From: an uncultured Lachnospiraceae bacterium
Lineage (GTDB): Bacteria > Bacillota > Clostridia > Lachnospirales > Lachnospiraceae
NCBI GenBank assembly: GCA_946405185.1
Contig: CAMJGH010000002.1
Span: 5,761-69,760 of the forward strand
Reading direction: 5' to 3'
DNA: 64,000 nt
Shown here: piece after piece, positions 20,155 through 28,208 of the stretch
Position numbering within the stretch: the first letter of the stretch is position 1
Layout: every line of letters begins with the position of its first letter
Position numbers and translations under genes: made by a program
The notes under the pieces: generated by a model
Database searches by the model: none
What the model saw: the letters and a program-made list of their open reading frames with translations, nothing else
Told to the model about the DNA's origin: nothing

Positions 20155-20177
20155 CTTCCCTGAAAGGAGGTCCTTAT

Positions 20178-20507
20178 ATGAAAGCTTCTGCCCGTACCCG
20201 CTATGAGAAAATGCACCGCCGCTACGTCATCGGCCTGTTCCTTCTGGTCGCCGTCTGCCTGCTTTTTGCCGCCACGCGCGCCCAGGCCGTCAGCGCCCAC
20301 GCCCGGGAAGACCGCGTCAAGTGCTACACCAGTGTCTGCGTGCAGGAGGGTGACAGCCTCTGGTCCATCGCCGAGGCCCACTTCTCGGAAGAGTATGCCA
20401 GCACCACGGAGCTGGTCGAGGAGATCCGCCGCATCAACCACGTCGGTTCGGATATCCGCTCCGGCGCCTACCTCATGGTGCCGTACTACACCGCCAGCGC
20501 CCAATAA
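20178..20507 (+). CDS. yneA: LysM-domain, single-TM SOS cell-division inhibitor (YneA-like)
   Basis: ATG after 'AAAGGAGG'. N-terminal TM 'VIGLFLLVAVCLLFAA' plus LysM 'VCVQEGDSLWSIAEAH...TELVEEIRRINHVGSDIRSGAYLMVP'. Divergent from lexA and preceded by LexA boxes, as for B. subtilis yneA. Confidence 0.75.
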   Translation: MKASARTRYEKMHRRYVIGLFLLVAVCLLFAATRAQAVSAHAREDRVKCYTSVCVQEGDSLWSIAEAHFSEEYASTTELVEEIRRINHVGSDIRSGAYLMVPYYTASAQ

Positions 20508-20550
20508 CCGGTAATCCATCAGGAGACTCCCCGTTTCCCTGGTTTACAAG

Positions 20551-20586
20551 GCCGCCTGTGTTCCCCTGCACAGGCGGTCTTTTTTG
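20551..20586 (+). terminator. Rho-independent terminator after the yneA-like gene
   Basis: 'GCCGCCTGTG...CACAGGCGGTC' followed by 'TTTTTT'. Confidence 0.8.
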
Positions 20587-20614
20587 TGCCATATCACCGC
20601 AGGGCAGACGTTTG

Positions 20615-20643
20615 CTGACAAATCAGCGCAAACATGGTAAAGT
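20615..20643 (+). promoter_or_regulatory. Putative sigma-A promoter of the DUF1461 gene
   Basis: cTGACA, 17-nt spacer ending in TGG, then TAAAGT. Confidence 0.4.
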
Positions 20644-20697
20644 AGACGCTGTGCGGCTTTTGCGGCCGTCTCTTGAAACGGAAGGAGAGTGGTCCCT

Positions 20698-21372
20698 ATG
20701 GATCCCATGGAAAAACGCAGACCGGTCATCGCCATCCTCCGCAATGTGCTCGGCACGGTGGTGTGCACCGCCCTGATCATCTCGCTCTGTGTCACCCTTA
20801 CCCTGCTGTACCGTCCCCTGTATTTCCGCGATATGCAGCAGATGAAGCTGGCCGAAAGGAACGGTGTGACGGAAGAGGAGATCCTGGCCAATTACAGGAC
20901 GCTCATCACCTACAACACCCTCTTCGGGCCGGACGAGCTGGAATTTCCCACGCTCACACAGTCCGAGACCGGGCGCATCCATTTTGCCGAGGTGAAGAAG
21001 ATCTTTGTCGGCTTCCAGTGGTGCGCCATCGTCTGCCTGCTGCTGTTTTCCAGCCTTCTGGCGCGCTCCCGCGTGGCCAGGGACTTCCGGTGGCTGCGGG
21101 CCACGGCCATCGCCATCGGCGTCATACTGGCCGCCATTGCGGCCGTCTTTCTGATCGGCGGCTGGGACAACGTGTTCGTGTGGTTCCACAAGCTGGTCTT
21201 CAACAACGATTACTGGATCTTTGACTACACCACGGATCCCATCATCAACTTCCTGCCGGATACCTACTTCCTGCACTGCGCGCTGCAGATCCTCATCAAC
21301 GTTCTCATCGGTGCCGGCATCTGCGAGTGGCGCTACCGGGCCACCCGCAAGGAGTTTGCCGCGAAGAAATAA
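20698..21372 (+). CDS. TIGR01906/DUF1461-family integral membrane protein (family of lipoprotein intramolecular transacylase Lit, from memory)
   Basis: ATG 9 nt after 'AAGGAGAG'. Four TM segments and the family-like 'FHKLVFNNDYWIFDYTTDPIINFLPDTYF' block. Confidence 0.6.
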   Translation: MDPMEKRRPVIAILRNVLGTVVCTALIISLCVTLTLLYRPLYFRDMQQMKLAERNGVTEEEILANYRTLITYNTLFGPDELEFPTLTQSETGRIHFAEVKKIFVGFQWCAIVCLLLFSSLLARSRVARDFRWLRATAIAIGVILAAIAAVFLIGGWDNVFVWFHKLVFNNDYWIFDYTTDPIINFLPDTYFLHCALQILINVLIGAGICEWRYRATRKEFAAKK

Positions 21373-21402
21373 GGTATACGCCGGCCTGGACGGCTGATCA
21401 CG

Positions 21403-22923
21403 ATGAAATCCGAACAGATGAGAGAACAAACGGAAAAAAGAGAACAGAGAGGCAGACGGTCCATGGTCACCACCACCCTGGACCGTCTGCCTATGGGCAC
21501 GGCTGAGCTTCTGGCAGAGGAGAGCAGCAAGACCGCCCGTGAGCGCCGCCGTCTTCCGGATGCCGTCAGCAGCCGGGATCTGTACCGCGATGTCATCCGC
21601 ATCGCCTGGCCGTCCATGGTGGAGCTGCTGCTCACCTCCCTGGTCGGCATGGCTGACATGATGATGGTGGGTGCCATTCCCGGAAAAGGGGATCAGGCCA
21701 TCGCGGCGGTCAGCCTTTCCAACCAGCCGAAGTTCATCTTCATCTCGCTGATGATCGCGCTGAACGTGGGCGTGACCGCCGTGGTGGCGCGCTACCGCGG
21801 AGCGGGTGAGCACGAGAAGGCCAACACGGCCCTGCGGCAGGGGCTGTTCTTCTCGTTCCTCTGGACCATTGCGGCCGGCATTCTGGGCACCGTCTTTGCG
21901 GAGCCGCTGGTGCGGTTTATGGCCAATGACGGCTTAAGCGCCGGCACGCTGTCCGACGCCGTGGATTATCTGCGCATTCAGATGATCTTTTTCTTTACCA
22001 TGGGCATCACCGCCACGTTCACGGCGGCGCTGCGCGGCACCGGCAACTCCCGCGTGCCCATGATCTACAACATGACGGCCAACGCCGTCAACATCGTCTT
22101 CAACTATCTGCTGATCAACGGGCATTTCGGCTTTCCGGCACTGGGTGTGCGCGGTGCGTCCATTGCCACCATCATCGGCCAGACCGTGGCCCTCGTGATG
22201 GCCATCCGCGTCAACGCCGGCGGGAAGTATTACTTTACCGTCAAGCCGCTGGATTTCCTGCATTTCCGCCTGGAGCCCGACATCCTCAAAAAGATCGTCA
22301 ACGTCGGCGTGCCGTCGCTTCTGGAACAGCTGATCCTGCGCGTGGGCATCATTTTGTTCACCCGGCAGGTCACGCCGCTGGGGGACCTTTTGTACACCAC
22401 GCATACCATCTGCATGAACATCCAGAGCATGTCGTTCATGCTGGGGCAGGCGCTGGCCGTCAGCTCCACGTCCCTGGTGGGGCAGAGCCTGGGCAAACGC
22501 CGTCCGGATATGGCCGAACACTATTCGCGGCGCTGCGTGTACGTGGGCCTGATCACCTCGGCGGCACTCGGCATCCTGTTCGGCACCCTCGGCAAGTACA
22601 TCGTGGGCTTCTACAGCAGCACTGAAGCGGTACGGCTGGCCTCCATCCCGGTGATGATCATCATCGGCTGTCTGCAGCCCATTCAGGGGCCTACGTTCAT
22701 TCTGGCCGGCAGCCTGCGCGGCGCGGGCGATACCCGCAGCGTGGCGCTGGTGACGGCCATCGGCATCCTGCTGGTGCGCCCCATCATGGGGTGGCTCACC
22801 ATCGAAGTGCTCGCCTGGGGCCTGATGGGCGCCTGGTCGGCCATCAGCGTGGACCAGGCCATGCGGTGCCTGGTGCTTTACGCTCTTTACCGCCGCGGAA
22901 AATGGAAAAAGGTGACGCTCTGA
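21403..22923 (+). CDS. MATE-family efflux transporter
   Basis: 12-TM pattern with 'IAWPSMVELLLTSLVGMADMMMVG' and the duplicated MatE halves. The start is uncertain because the 40-50 aa charged N-terminal leader has no strong RBS. Confidence 0.85.
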   Translation: MKSEQMREQTEKREQRGRRSMVTTTLDRLPMGTAELLAEESSKTARERRRLPDAVSSRDLYRDVIRIAWPSMVELLLTSLVGMADMMMVGAIPGKGDQAIAAVSLSNQPKFIFISLMIALNVGVTAVVARYRGAGEHEKANTALRQGLFFSFLWTIAAGILGTVFAEPLVRFMANDGLSAGTLSDAVDYLRIQMIFFFTMGITATFTAALRGTGNSRVPMIYNMTANAVNIVFNYLLINGHFGFPALGVRGASIATIIGQTVALVMAIRVNAGGKYYFTVKPLDFLHFRLEPDILKKIVNVGVPSLLEQLILRVGIILFTRQVTPLGDLLYTTHTICMNIQSMSFMLGQALAVSSTSLVGQSLGKRRPDMAEHYSRRCVYVGLITSAALGILFGTLGKYIVGFYSSTEAVRLASIPVMIIIGCLQPIQGPTFILAGSLRGAGDTRSVALVTAIGILLVRPIMGWLTIEVLAWGLMGAWSAISVDQAMRCLVLYALYRRGKWKKVTL

Positions 22924-22927
22924 GGCG

Positions 22928-24181
22928 TCACCATTCATCCACGTTCAGTTTCTGTACCTGGGCTTTCTGCTGTTCCTTTTGCAGCTCCGCATAGAACCGC
23001 GCCGTGACCGCCACGCTCTTGTGGTTGAGCTGCTGGCTGGCCAGCTGCACGTTTCCGGTCTGTGACAGGATGCGTGTGGCGCAGGTGGCGCGCAGCTTGT
23101 GCGGCGAGAAGATGTCTTTGTCCGGATAGTCCGGCAGATACGTGCGGACCATTTCCTTGACCATCAGTTCCACCGCGCGCACCGTCATGCGGCCGCCGCG
23201 GGTGGTGATGAACACGGCTTCACAGTTCTTTTTCGGCCCCAGACCGGACCGCCCCTGCCGGCGCATGGCGGAAGCCAGCGCCTCCATATCGCGGTAGAAA
23301 CTCTCGGATTCCTCGGGGTAGGTGTCGCGCACCAGTCTGGCAAAGCCGGCCGTCATGGCGTTCTTCCGGCAGAATTCCAGTTCATCCTCCCCGTACTTTT
23401 CCGTGAGGGAAGAGGGGAGAGACGTACCGTCCAGATACATCTTCAGCGCCTCGGCTACCGCTTCTCCAAAGTACACTTCGTTCTCATCCCCGCCTTTGGT
23501 GACCACCGTAAAACACCCGCGATAGAAGTTGATATCCTGAAGATCCAGCCCCACCAGCTCCGAACACCGCAGCCCGGTGCCCAGAAACGTGCGCAGGATC
23601 GCGTAATTGCGCAACACCAGCCGGTCACGTTTTACCTGCACGGTCTCCGGAATGCTGATGACCACGGGTCTGTCTTCCCCTTCCAGCAGATACTTGTCGT
23701 TGGCCAGCACCCCCGTGAGCAGCCGGGAGGACAGATCCGCATCCAGCCGCACGATCCGGTGGCGGTTCAGCGCCGGATAGGAGAAGAACCGCATGGGGTT
23801 GTGCTCGGTGAAGCCGATGGCGTTCAGGTATTTGTAGAACACCGAGAGCGACGAAAAATACCGCTTGGACGACGCGTTGGTGATCATGCGCACGCGGTGC
23901 AGGTAGTCCCGGTATTCGTTCAGATCCTGGACGGAGAAGACGGTAAACATCTCCATGGGGAAGTCCTTCAGATCCGTTTCCGCCAGCGACGGCACCATTT
24001 CCTTCTCGTATTTCATGAACTCCACCACGTCCGACACGTAGTAGAGCTGCGTCAGCACCTCCTTGGTGCCGCCGGAGATGTGCTGGTAGAACCCCTGCAT
24101 GTAAGAGGGGGCGGTCTTCAGCACACGGCGGATCTTATCTTCAGCCTTGCGGTTCTGTTCATCGCGGTATTCAACAGACAT
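22928..24181 (-). CDS. Tyrosine site-specific recombinase (XerC/D / phage-integrase family)
   Basis: SAM-like N-domain and catalytic-domain residues: 'LRTFLGTGLRCSEL' (Arg), 'HKLRATCATRIL' (H-x-x-R) and 'LNHKSVAVTARFYAE' (His...Tyr). ATG at 24181 follows 'AAGGAGA'. The upstream Met at 24319 has no RBS. Confidence 0.85.
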   Translation of the reverse strand: MSVEYRDEQNRKAEDKIRRVLKTAPSYMQGFYQHISGGTKEVLTQLYYVSDVVEFMKYEKEMVPSLAETDLKDFPMEMFTVFSVQDLNEYRDYLHRVRMITNASSKRYFSSLSVFYKYLNAIGFTEHNPMRFFSYPALNRHRIVRLDADLSSRLLTGVLANDKYLLEGEDRPVVISIPETVQVKRDRLVLRNYAILRTFLGTGLRCSELVGLDLQDINFYRGCFTVVTKGGDENEVYFGEAVAEALKMYLDGTSLPSSLTEKYGEDELEFCRKNAMTAGFARLVRDTYPEESESFYRDMEALASAMRRQGRSGLGPKKNCEAVFITTRGGRMTVRAVELMVKEMVRTYLPDYPDKDIFSPHKLRATCATRILSQTGNVQLASQQLNHKSVAVTARFYAELQKEQQKAQVQKLNVDEW

Positions 24182-24312
24182 GACAGTCTCCTTAAGATTC
24201 AACCCACTGTGACATCGCTTACGGAAGAGGGCAGTTTGATGATAGCACTTCTTCGCATTATGTGCAATACTTCGAAATAATAAATTGATCTGAATCAGAT
24301 ATCCGTTCTTTC

Positions 24313-24341
24313 TTGACAATCTCCCGGATTTCCTTCATACT
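24313..24341 (+). promoter_or_regulatory. Putative sigma-A promoter of the collagen-like gene
   Basis: TTGACA (24313-24318), 17-nt spacer, CATACT (24336-24341). The ORF-track 'start' at 24313 is actually the TTG of this -35. Confidence 0.4.
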
Positions 24342-24399
24342 TTTTCAAGACAAAGATTTTCAGACATTTTTCAATCCTTTATACAGGAGTTATGAACCT

Positions 24400-26433
24400 A
24401 TGAATGACAACACCCCGCATAAGAACCGCACCCGGAAGGGCCTCCTGCTGGCTGCGCTGGCCATCGCCTGCCTGCTGCTGGCTTTCGGCATCGGCACGTT
24501 TGCCGGCGGCCGTGCCGCCAGGAAAGCCGTGCAGAACATCCCGGACACGACCATCAAAGAGGCCGGCGTGAGCGCGGACGGCGATCTGATCATCACACTG
24601 TCTACCGGGAAGACCATTAACGCCGGCCATGTGCTGGGTGCGCCCGGCCGTGACGGCGTTGATGGCAAAAACGGCCAGGACGGCGCTCCCGGCGCCAACG
24701 GTGCAGACGGAAAAGACGGGGCCGACGGCGCTCCCGGTGCTCCCGGAGCCGATGGCCGGAATGGCCTCAACGGTGCCAACGGAGCAGACGGCAAGGATGG
24801 CAGGGATGGCGCAGACGGCAGTGCAGGGCCTGCCGGACCGGCCGGAACCAACGGTACGGACGGGAAAGACGGTGTCGGTGTGTCTTCCGTGACCATCAGC
24901 GCCAGCCAGGAACTGATCATCACCTATACCGATGGTACCGCCCACAACGCCGGCTCTGTGAAGGCCGAAAAAGGCGATACGGGTGCCATAGGCGCGACAG
25001 GAGCCGCGGGAGCAGACGGGACCGGCATCTCCACGGTGGCTGTCAATGACGCCGGTGAACTGGTCCTGACGCTGACGGATGGCTCGGTCCTCAACGTAGG
25101 CCGGGTGGTCGGCCGTGACGGGCAGAATGGCGCCGACGGCAAAGACGGTGCCGATGGCCAGGACGGAAAAGACGGCAGAGATGGCGCGGATGGCCAGGAC
25201 GGAAAAGACGGTGAAAACGGCCAGGATGGCAAAGACGGCAAAGACGGACAGAACGGTGCCGACGGCATAGGCGTTTCGTCTGTCGCCATCTCGGATGATG
25301 GCAGTCTCACCATGACGCTCTCAAACGGGAACAATATAGAACTTGGAAACATCCGGGGAAAGGATGGTGCCCCCGGTGCCAATGGCGCTGACGGCAAGGA
25401 CGGTCAGGACGGCGCAGACGGAAGAGGCATTGAGTCTGCCTCCATCAACGAAGCCGGGGAGTTGGTCTTCACCTTCACGGACGGCTCGACGACGAACCTC
25501 GGCACGGTCGTGGGAAAGGACGGTAAAGACGGAGAGGACGGTGCTGACGGACAGCCCGGAAAGGACGGAAAGAACGGAAACAATGGAAGCAACGGCAAGG
25601 ATGGGGTCGGTATTGAATTGATCCAGAGGATCAATGATGAACTGATCGTAGTACTGACACCCGATTACCGCCCGGTAAACCTCGGCAATATCAAAGGTGA
25701 TAAAGGAGACACCGGAGACACCGGCCGCGGCATTACCGATGTCACTGTAAATGGTGACGGCAATCTGATCATCACCTATACCGACGGGACCACCCAGAAT
25801 GCCGGGCATATTGTCGATAAGAATACCCCCACAGACCCATATGCGATCGGCAGCGTCGTCACGATGGGCAAATACGAGCAGGATAACAACACCTCCAACG
25901 GACCCGAGCCCATTGAATGGATCGTGGTCCAGAATACAGGAAACAAAGCGTTGCTGATGTCCAAATATGTGCTGGAATATATGGCTATGTCGGATTCCCG
26001 GTACATGAGGTCCGCCGTTCGGGAGTTTCTGGAAGGTAATTTTTACTGGAACGCCTTTACCTACGATGAAACGAAAAAGATCCTGGACTCGCATATTCCC
26101 GATCTGAGTGCAGTCACACAAGGCAGAATAAACAATCATGTGTATATCTTCAGTTATGACGAAATAACAGCTCTTTCGCTGAACAACATCGATCTTACCC
26201 CGATTTTCACCCCCTATGTCCTGGCGAGAAACGGCAACAGGGAGGATGACGGCGTCTGGCTGCGGGATGAATATGACGGTTCCGGCAAATCAGGGGGCGG
26301 TAATTGCATCTATCGGACTTATCAAGGGTTCCTGCACATACAAAGTCCGACTGCGTTTACAGTTAACTATGTAATGAAACCAGAGGAGTCCTGCGGCGTC
26401 CGCCCCTCCATGTGGATTTCCATCGAACCGTAA
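24400..26433 (+). CDS. Membrane-anchored mosaic collagen-like (G-X-Y) repeat surface protein with DUF6273-like C-terminal domain
   Basis: ATG 10 nt after 'CAGGAG'. N-terminal TM '[21 protein letters not shown]'. Six G-X-Y runs (by my count about 27, 6, 18, 8, 11 and 4 triplets) alternate with seven ~27-aa modules, e.g. '[27 protein letters not shown]'. C-terminal '[42 protein letters not shown]' resembles DUF6273 (from memory). Confidence 0.8.
   Translation: MNDNTPHKNRTRKGLLLAALAIACLLLAFGIGTFAGGRAARKAVQNIPDTTIKEAGVSADGDLIITLSTGKTINAGHVLGAPGRDGVDGKNGQDGAPGANGADGKDGADGAPGAPGADGRNGLNGANGADGKDGRDGADGSAGPAGPAGTNGTDGKDGVGVSSVTISASQELIITYTDGTAHNAGSVKAEKGDTGAIGATGAAGADGTGISTVAVNDAGELVLTLTDGSVLNVGRVVGRDGQNGADGKDGADGQDGKDGRDGADGQDGKDGENGQDGKDGKDGQNGADGIGVSSVAISDDGSLTMTLSNGNNIELGNIRGKDGAPGANGADGKDGQDGADGRGIESASINEAGELVFTFTDGSTTNLGTVVGKDGKDGEDGADGQPGKDGKNGNNGSNGKDGVGIELIQRINDELIVVLTPDYRPVNLGNIKGDKGDTGDTGRGITDVTVNGDGNLIITYTDGTTQNAGHIVDKNTPTDPYAIGSVVTMGKYEQDNNTSNGPEPIEWIVVQNTGNKALLMSKYVLEYMAMSDSRYMRSAVREFLEGNFYWNAFTYDETKKILDSHIPDLSAVTQGRINNHVYIFSYDEITALSLNNIDLTPIFTPYVLARNGNREDDGVWLRDEYDGSGKSGGGNCIYRTYQGFLHIQSPTAFTVNYVMKPEESCGVRPSMWISIEP
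24637..25731 (+). repeat. In-frame collagen-triplet / beta-module repeat array (coding)
   Basis: Recurrent 'GGCAAAGACGGn / GACGGCGCn' 9-mers encode GKD/GAD/GQD triplets, interleaved with diverged ~81-nt modules. Confidence 0.85.
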
Positions 26434-26462
26434 CCGCTGAACCATACGATACGGACTCTTTC

Positions 26463-26492
26463 AAGCCGCCCGGCTTTCCAGGCGGCTTTTTT
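26463..26492 (+). terminator. Rho-independent terminator after the collagen-like gene
   Basis: 'AAGCCGCC' cggctttcca 'GGCGGCTT' followed by 'TTTT'. Confidence 0.75.
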
Positions 26493-26612
26493 CATGCGCC
26501 AAAAAAAGCCTTTCTGCCGTCCGTGGCACCACCTCCCCGAACCATCTCCGGTTTACAATACGGCAGATTCCGTCACACCAACTGTCAACTCAAAAAAAAT
26601 ATAATGGATCCA

Positions 26613-26640
26613 TATAACCATTTTCGTTCACGGGGCGTCT
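26613..26640 (+). promoter_or_regulatory. Candidate ECF-type promoter, copy A (TATAACC-N17-GTCT)
   Basis: 'TATAACCattttcgttcacggggcGTCT'. The GTCT ends about 60 nt upstream of the 26700 ATG. One of four copies with identical 17-nt spacing. Confidence 0.55.
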
Positions 26641-26699
26641 CTTATACAGAGGGGCAGTTCTGAACCCCGTCAAAACAATCCATGCAAGGGAGAAAGACA

Positions 26700-28106
26700 A
26701 TGAAGAAGATCAACTGGTTCGTGCTCTTGGTCATGACGGCGCTGCTGGCGCTTGCCGGCTGTGGAGGCGGCAAGACGATCAACCTGAATGACTACGTCAA
26801 GGTGACGTTCACCGGCAGCAACGGCTACGGAAAGCCCGAGCTGTCCCTCGATGAAGCAGGCCTTCAGAATGCCATCGACAAGGCGGCCGGCAAGTCCGAC
26901 GAAGAGAAGCTTGGTGCCGTGTGGGCGGCTTCGGGCGCCATGCAGGGAGAGTGGTCCGCTTCCGAAGGCCTCTCCAACGGGGATACGGTGACGTACCACT
27001 TCACCGCCAGCCAGGAGGAGCTTGCCAAACTCAGCAAGGTGCGTTTCCGCTTCAAGGACATCACCGTGAAGGTGACCGGCCTTCCGGAGCGCGAGGTGTA
27101 CGATCCTTTTTCGGAGATTGAGGTGACCTTCGAAGGCTTTTCCGGGAAAGGGGAGGTGAAGATCCAGACGAAGGAACAGACGGTGAAGGGCCTTACGTTC
27201 AAGGCTTCCCAGCCGGAAGGCCTTTCCAATGGCGACACCGTGACCATCACCTGTGAAGCGCCGAACGGCGATCTGGACGCCTACCTGGCCGAAAGAGGGA
27301 TGGCTGCTGAAAAGAGCAGCTGTGACGTGACCGTCTCCGGGCTTACGGAGATGACATCCTTCGATCCGTTCGAGTATATCACGGTGTCCTTTACGGGCAT
27401 CTCGCCGAACGGCTCCATCCAGGTGGAGCAGGCCGGGATGCCGGTCGGCACGCTGCAGTTCATCTGCGAAGAAAGCGGCCACATCATGACCGGCCAGACC
27501 GTCACGCTGAAGATCGACAGCACCGGATATGGCGACATCGTCGATTTCTGCGCGAAGTACGGCTACACGCCTTCACGCCTTTCCTGTGAGTACACGGCCG
27601 ACAGTCTGAACCGGTATGCGACGTCTTTGGATGACGTGTCGGAAGAGGTTCTGGTGCGCGTGGACCGGGCTGCTGAAGATTTCATGCAGGCGTATGCCAA
27701 CAAAGGCATGTCGGGCTTCCCGAACAGCGATTACTACCGCGGTATGACACGCGTGGGCAGCGCCATCATCAGCCGGAAAGATCTGAAGCCGATGCCCACC
27801 AGGCCGACCACCCGCCTGTATGTGCTTTACGAGGTGTCGATGGAGTATGAGGGTACCGCCATGTCCTACTACTATGTCTTTACCTATGACAACGTCCTGA
27901 CCGACGCGCAGGGGCAGATGCAGCTGGATGCGGAATCGTACCGGTATACCGATAACGGATACTTCAAGATGACGCAGGTTGTGTTCGGCAAGGGGCCCAT
28001 TAAGGGCAACTCCGGCTATGGATTCAAATCCGTGCAGGATTTCCTGGACGCAGAGGTGCTTTCAAAGACGGACGAGTATCAGTACGATACCGACCTTCTG
28101 CCGTAA
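26700..28106 (+). CDS. Lipoprotein with three tandem ~80-aa internal repeats plus C-terminal globular domain; function unknown
   Basis: Signal peptide plus lipobox 'LLALAGCGGG'. Repeats are marked by 'V(T/S)FxG..G.G' and 'GLSNGDTVT' ('MTGQTVT' in the third). ATG follows 'GGGAGAAAG'. Confidence 0.75.
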   Translation: MKKINWFVLLVMTALLALAGCGGGKTINLNDYVKVTFTGSNGYGKPELSLDEAGLQNAIDKAAGKSDEEKLGAVWAASGAMQGEWSASEGLSNGDTVTYHFTASQEELAKLSKVRFRFKDITVKVTGLPEREVYDPFSEIEVTFEGFSGKGEVKIQTKEQTVKGLTFKASQPEGLSNGDTVTITCEAPNGDLDAYLAERGMAAEKSSCDVTVSGLTEMTSFDPFEYITVSFTGISPNGSIQVEQAGMPVGTLQFICEESGHIMTGQTVTLKIDSTGYGDIVDFCAKYGYTPSRLSCEYTADSLNRYATSLDDVSEEVLVRVDRAAEDFMQAYANKGMSGFPNSDYYRGMTRVGSAIISRKDLKPMPTRPTTRLYVLYEVSMEYEGTAMSYYYVFTYDNVLTDAQGQMQLDAESYRYTDNGYFKMTQVVFGKGPIKGNSGYGFKSVQDFLDAEVLSKTDEYQYDTDLLP

Positions 28107-28123
28107 GAAGTTATTTATCTATA

Positions 28124-28152
28124 TTCAATATTTGCCCATCCTGTGCTATGAT
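28124..28152 (+). promoter_or_regulatory. Possible sigma-A promoter ahead of the sigma-fusion gene
   Basis: TTCAAT, 17-nt spacer ending in TGC, then TATGAT. Weak -35. Confidence 0.3.
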
Positions 28153-28208
28153 AAAGGCGGGGCGGTTACAAGCCCTCCTTTCCGACAGAGACCAAAGGAC
28201 GAACGACC

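Noticed and set aside
24313-24399. Upstream-extended start codons offered by the ORF track: 24313, 30235, 32165, 14962, 17339, 20082, 26682, and on the minus strand 24319, 48733, 56458, 57689 and 62448.
   Set aside because: The extensions lack Shine-Dalgarno sequences, overlap upstream genes, promoters or terminators, and add non-homologous residues. Downstream starts have good RBS spacing and give canonical N-termini or signal peptides.
24182-24399. Invertible (phase-variable) promoter between the tyrosine recombinase and the collagen-like gene.
   Set aside because: I compared the region with its reverse complement by eye and found no flanking inverted repeats of 8 nt or more. The only one is the short 13-nt palindrome, which cannot define an invertible segment. 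A computational IR search or long-read inversion calls would be needed to revive the idea.
24637-25731. Regularly spaced DNA repeats, considered as a CRISPR array or minisatellite. The TE hexamer array at 60344-60446 was considered the same way.
   Set aside because: The repeats are in frame inside long ORFs and encode G-X-Y or Thr-Glu peptides. There is no repeat-spacer architecture and there are no cas genes.
26412-26663. 83-aa ORF in the collagen/lipoprotein intergenic region. The 61-aa minus-strand ORF at 33529-33714 was considered with it.
   Set aside because: The first spans a terminator and motif copy A, has no RBS and is compositionally non-coding. The second is antisense to an already doubtful ORF.
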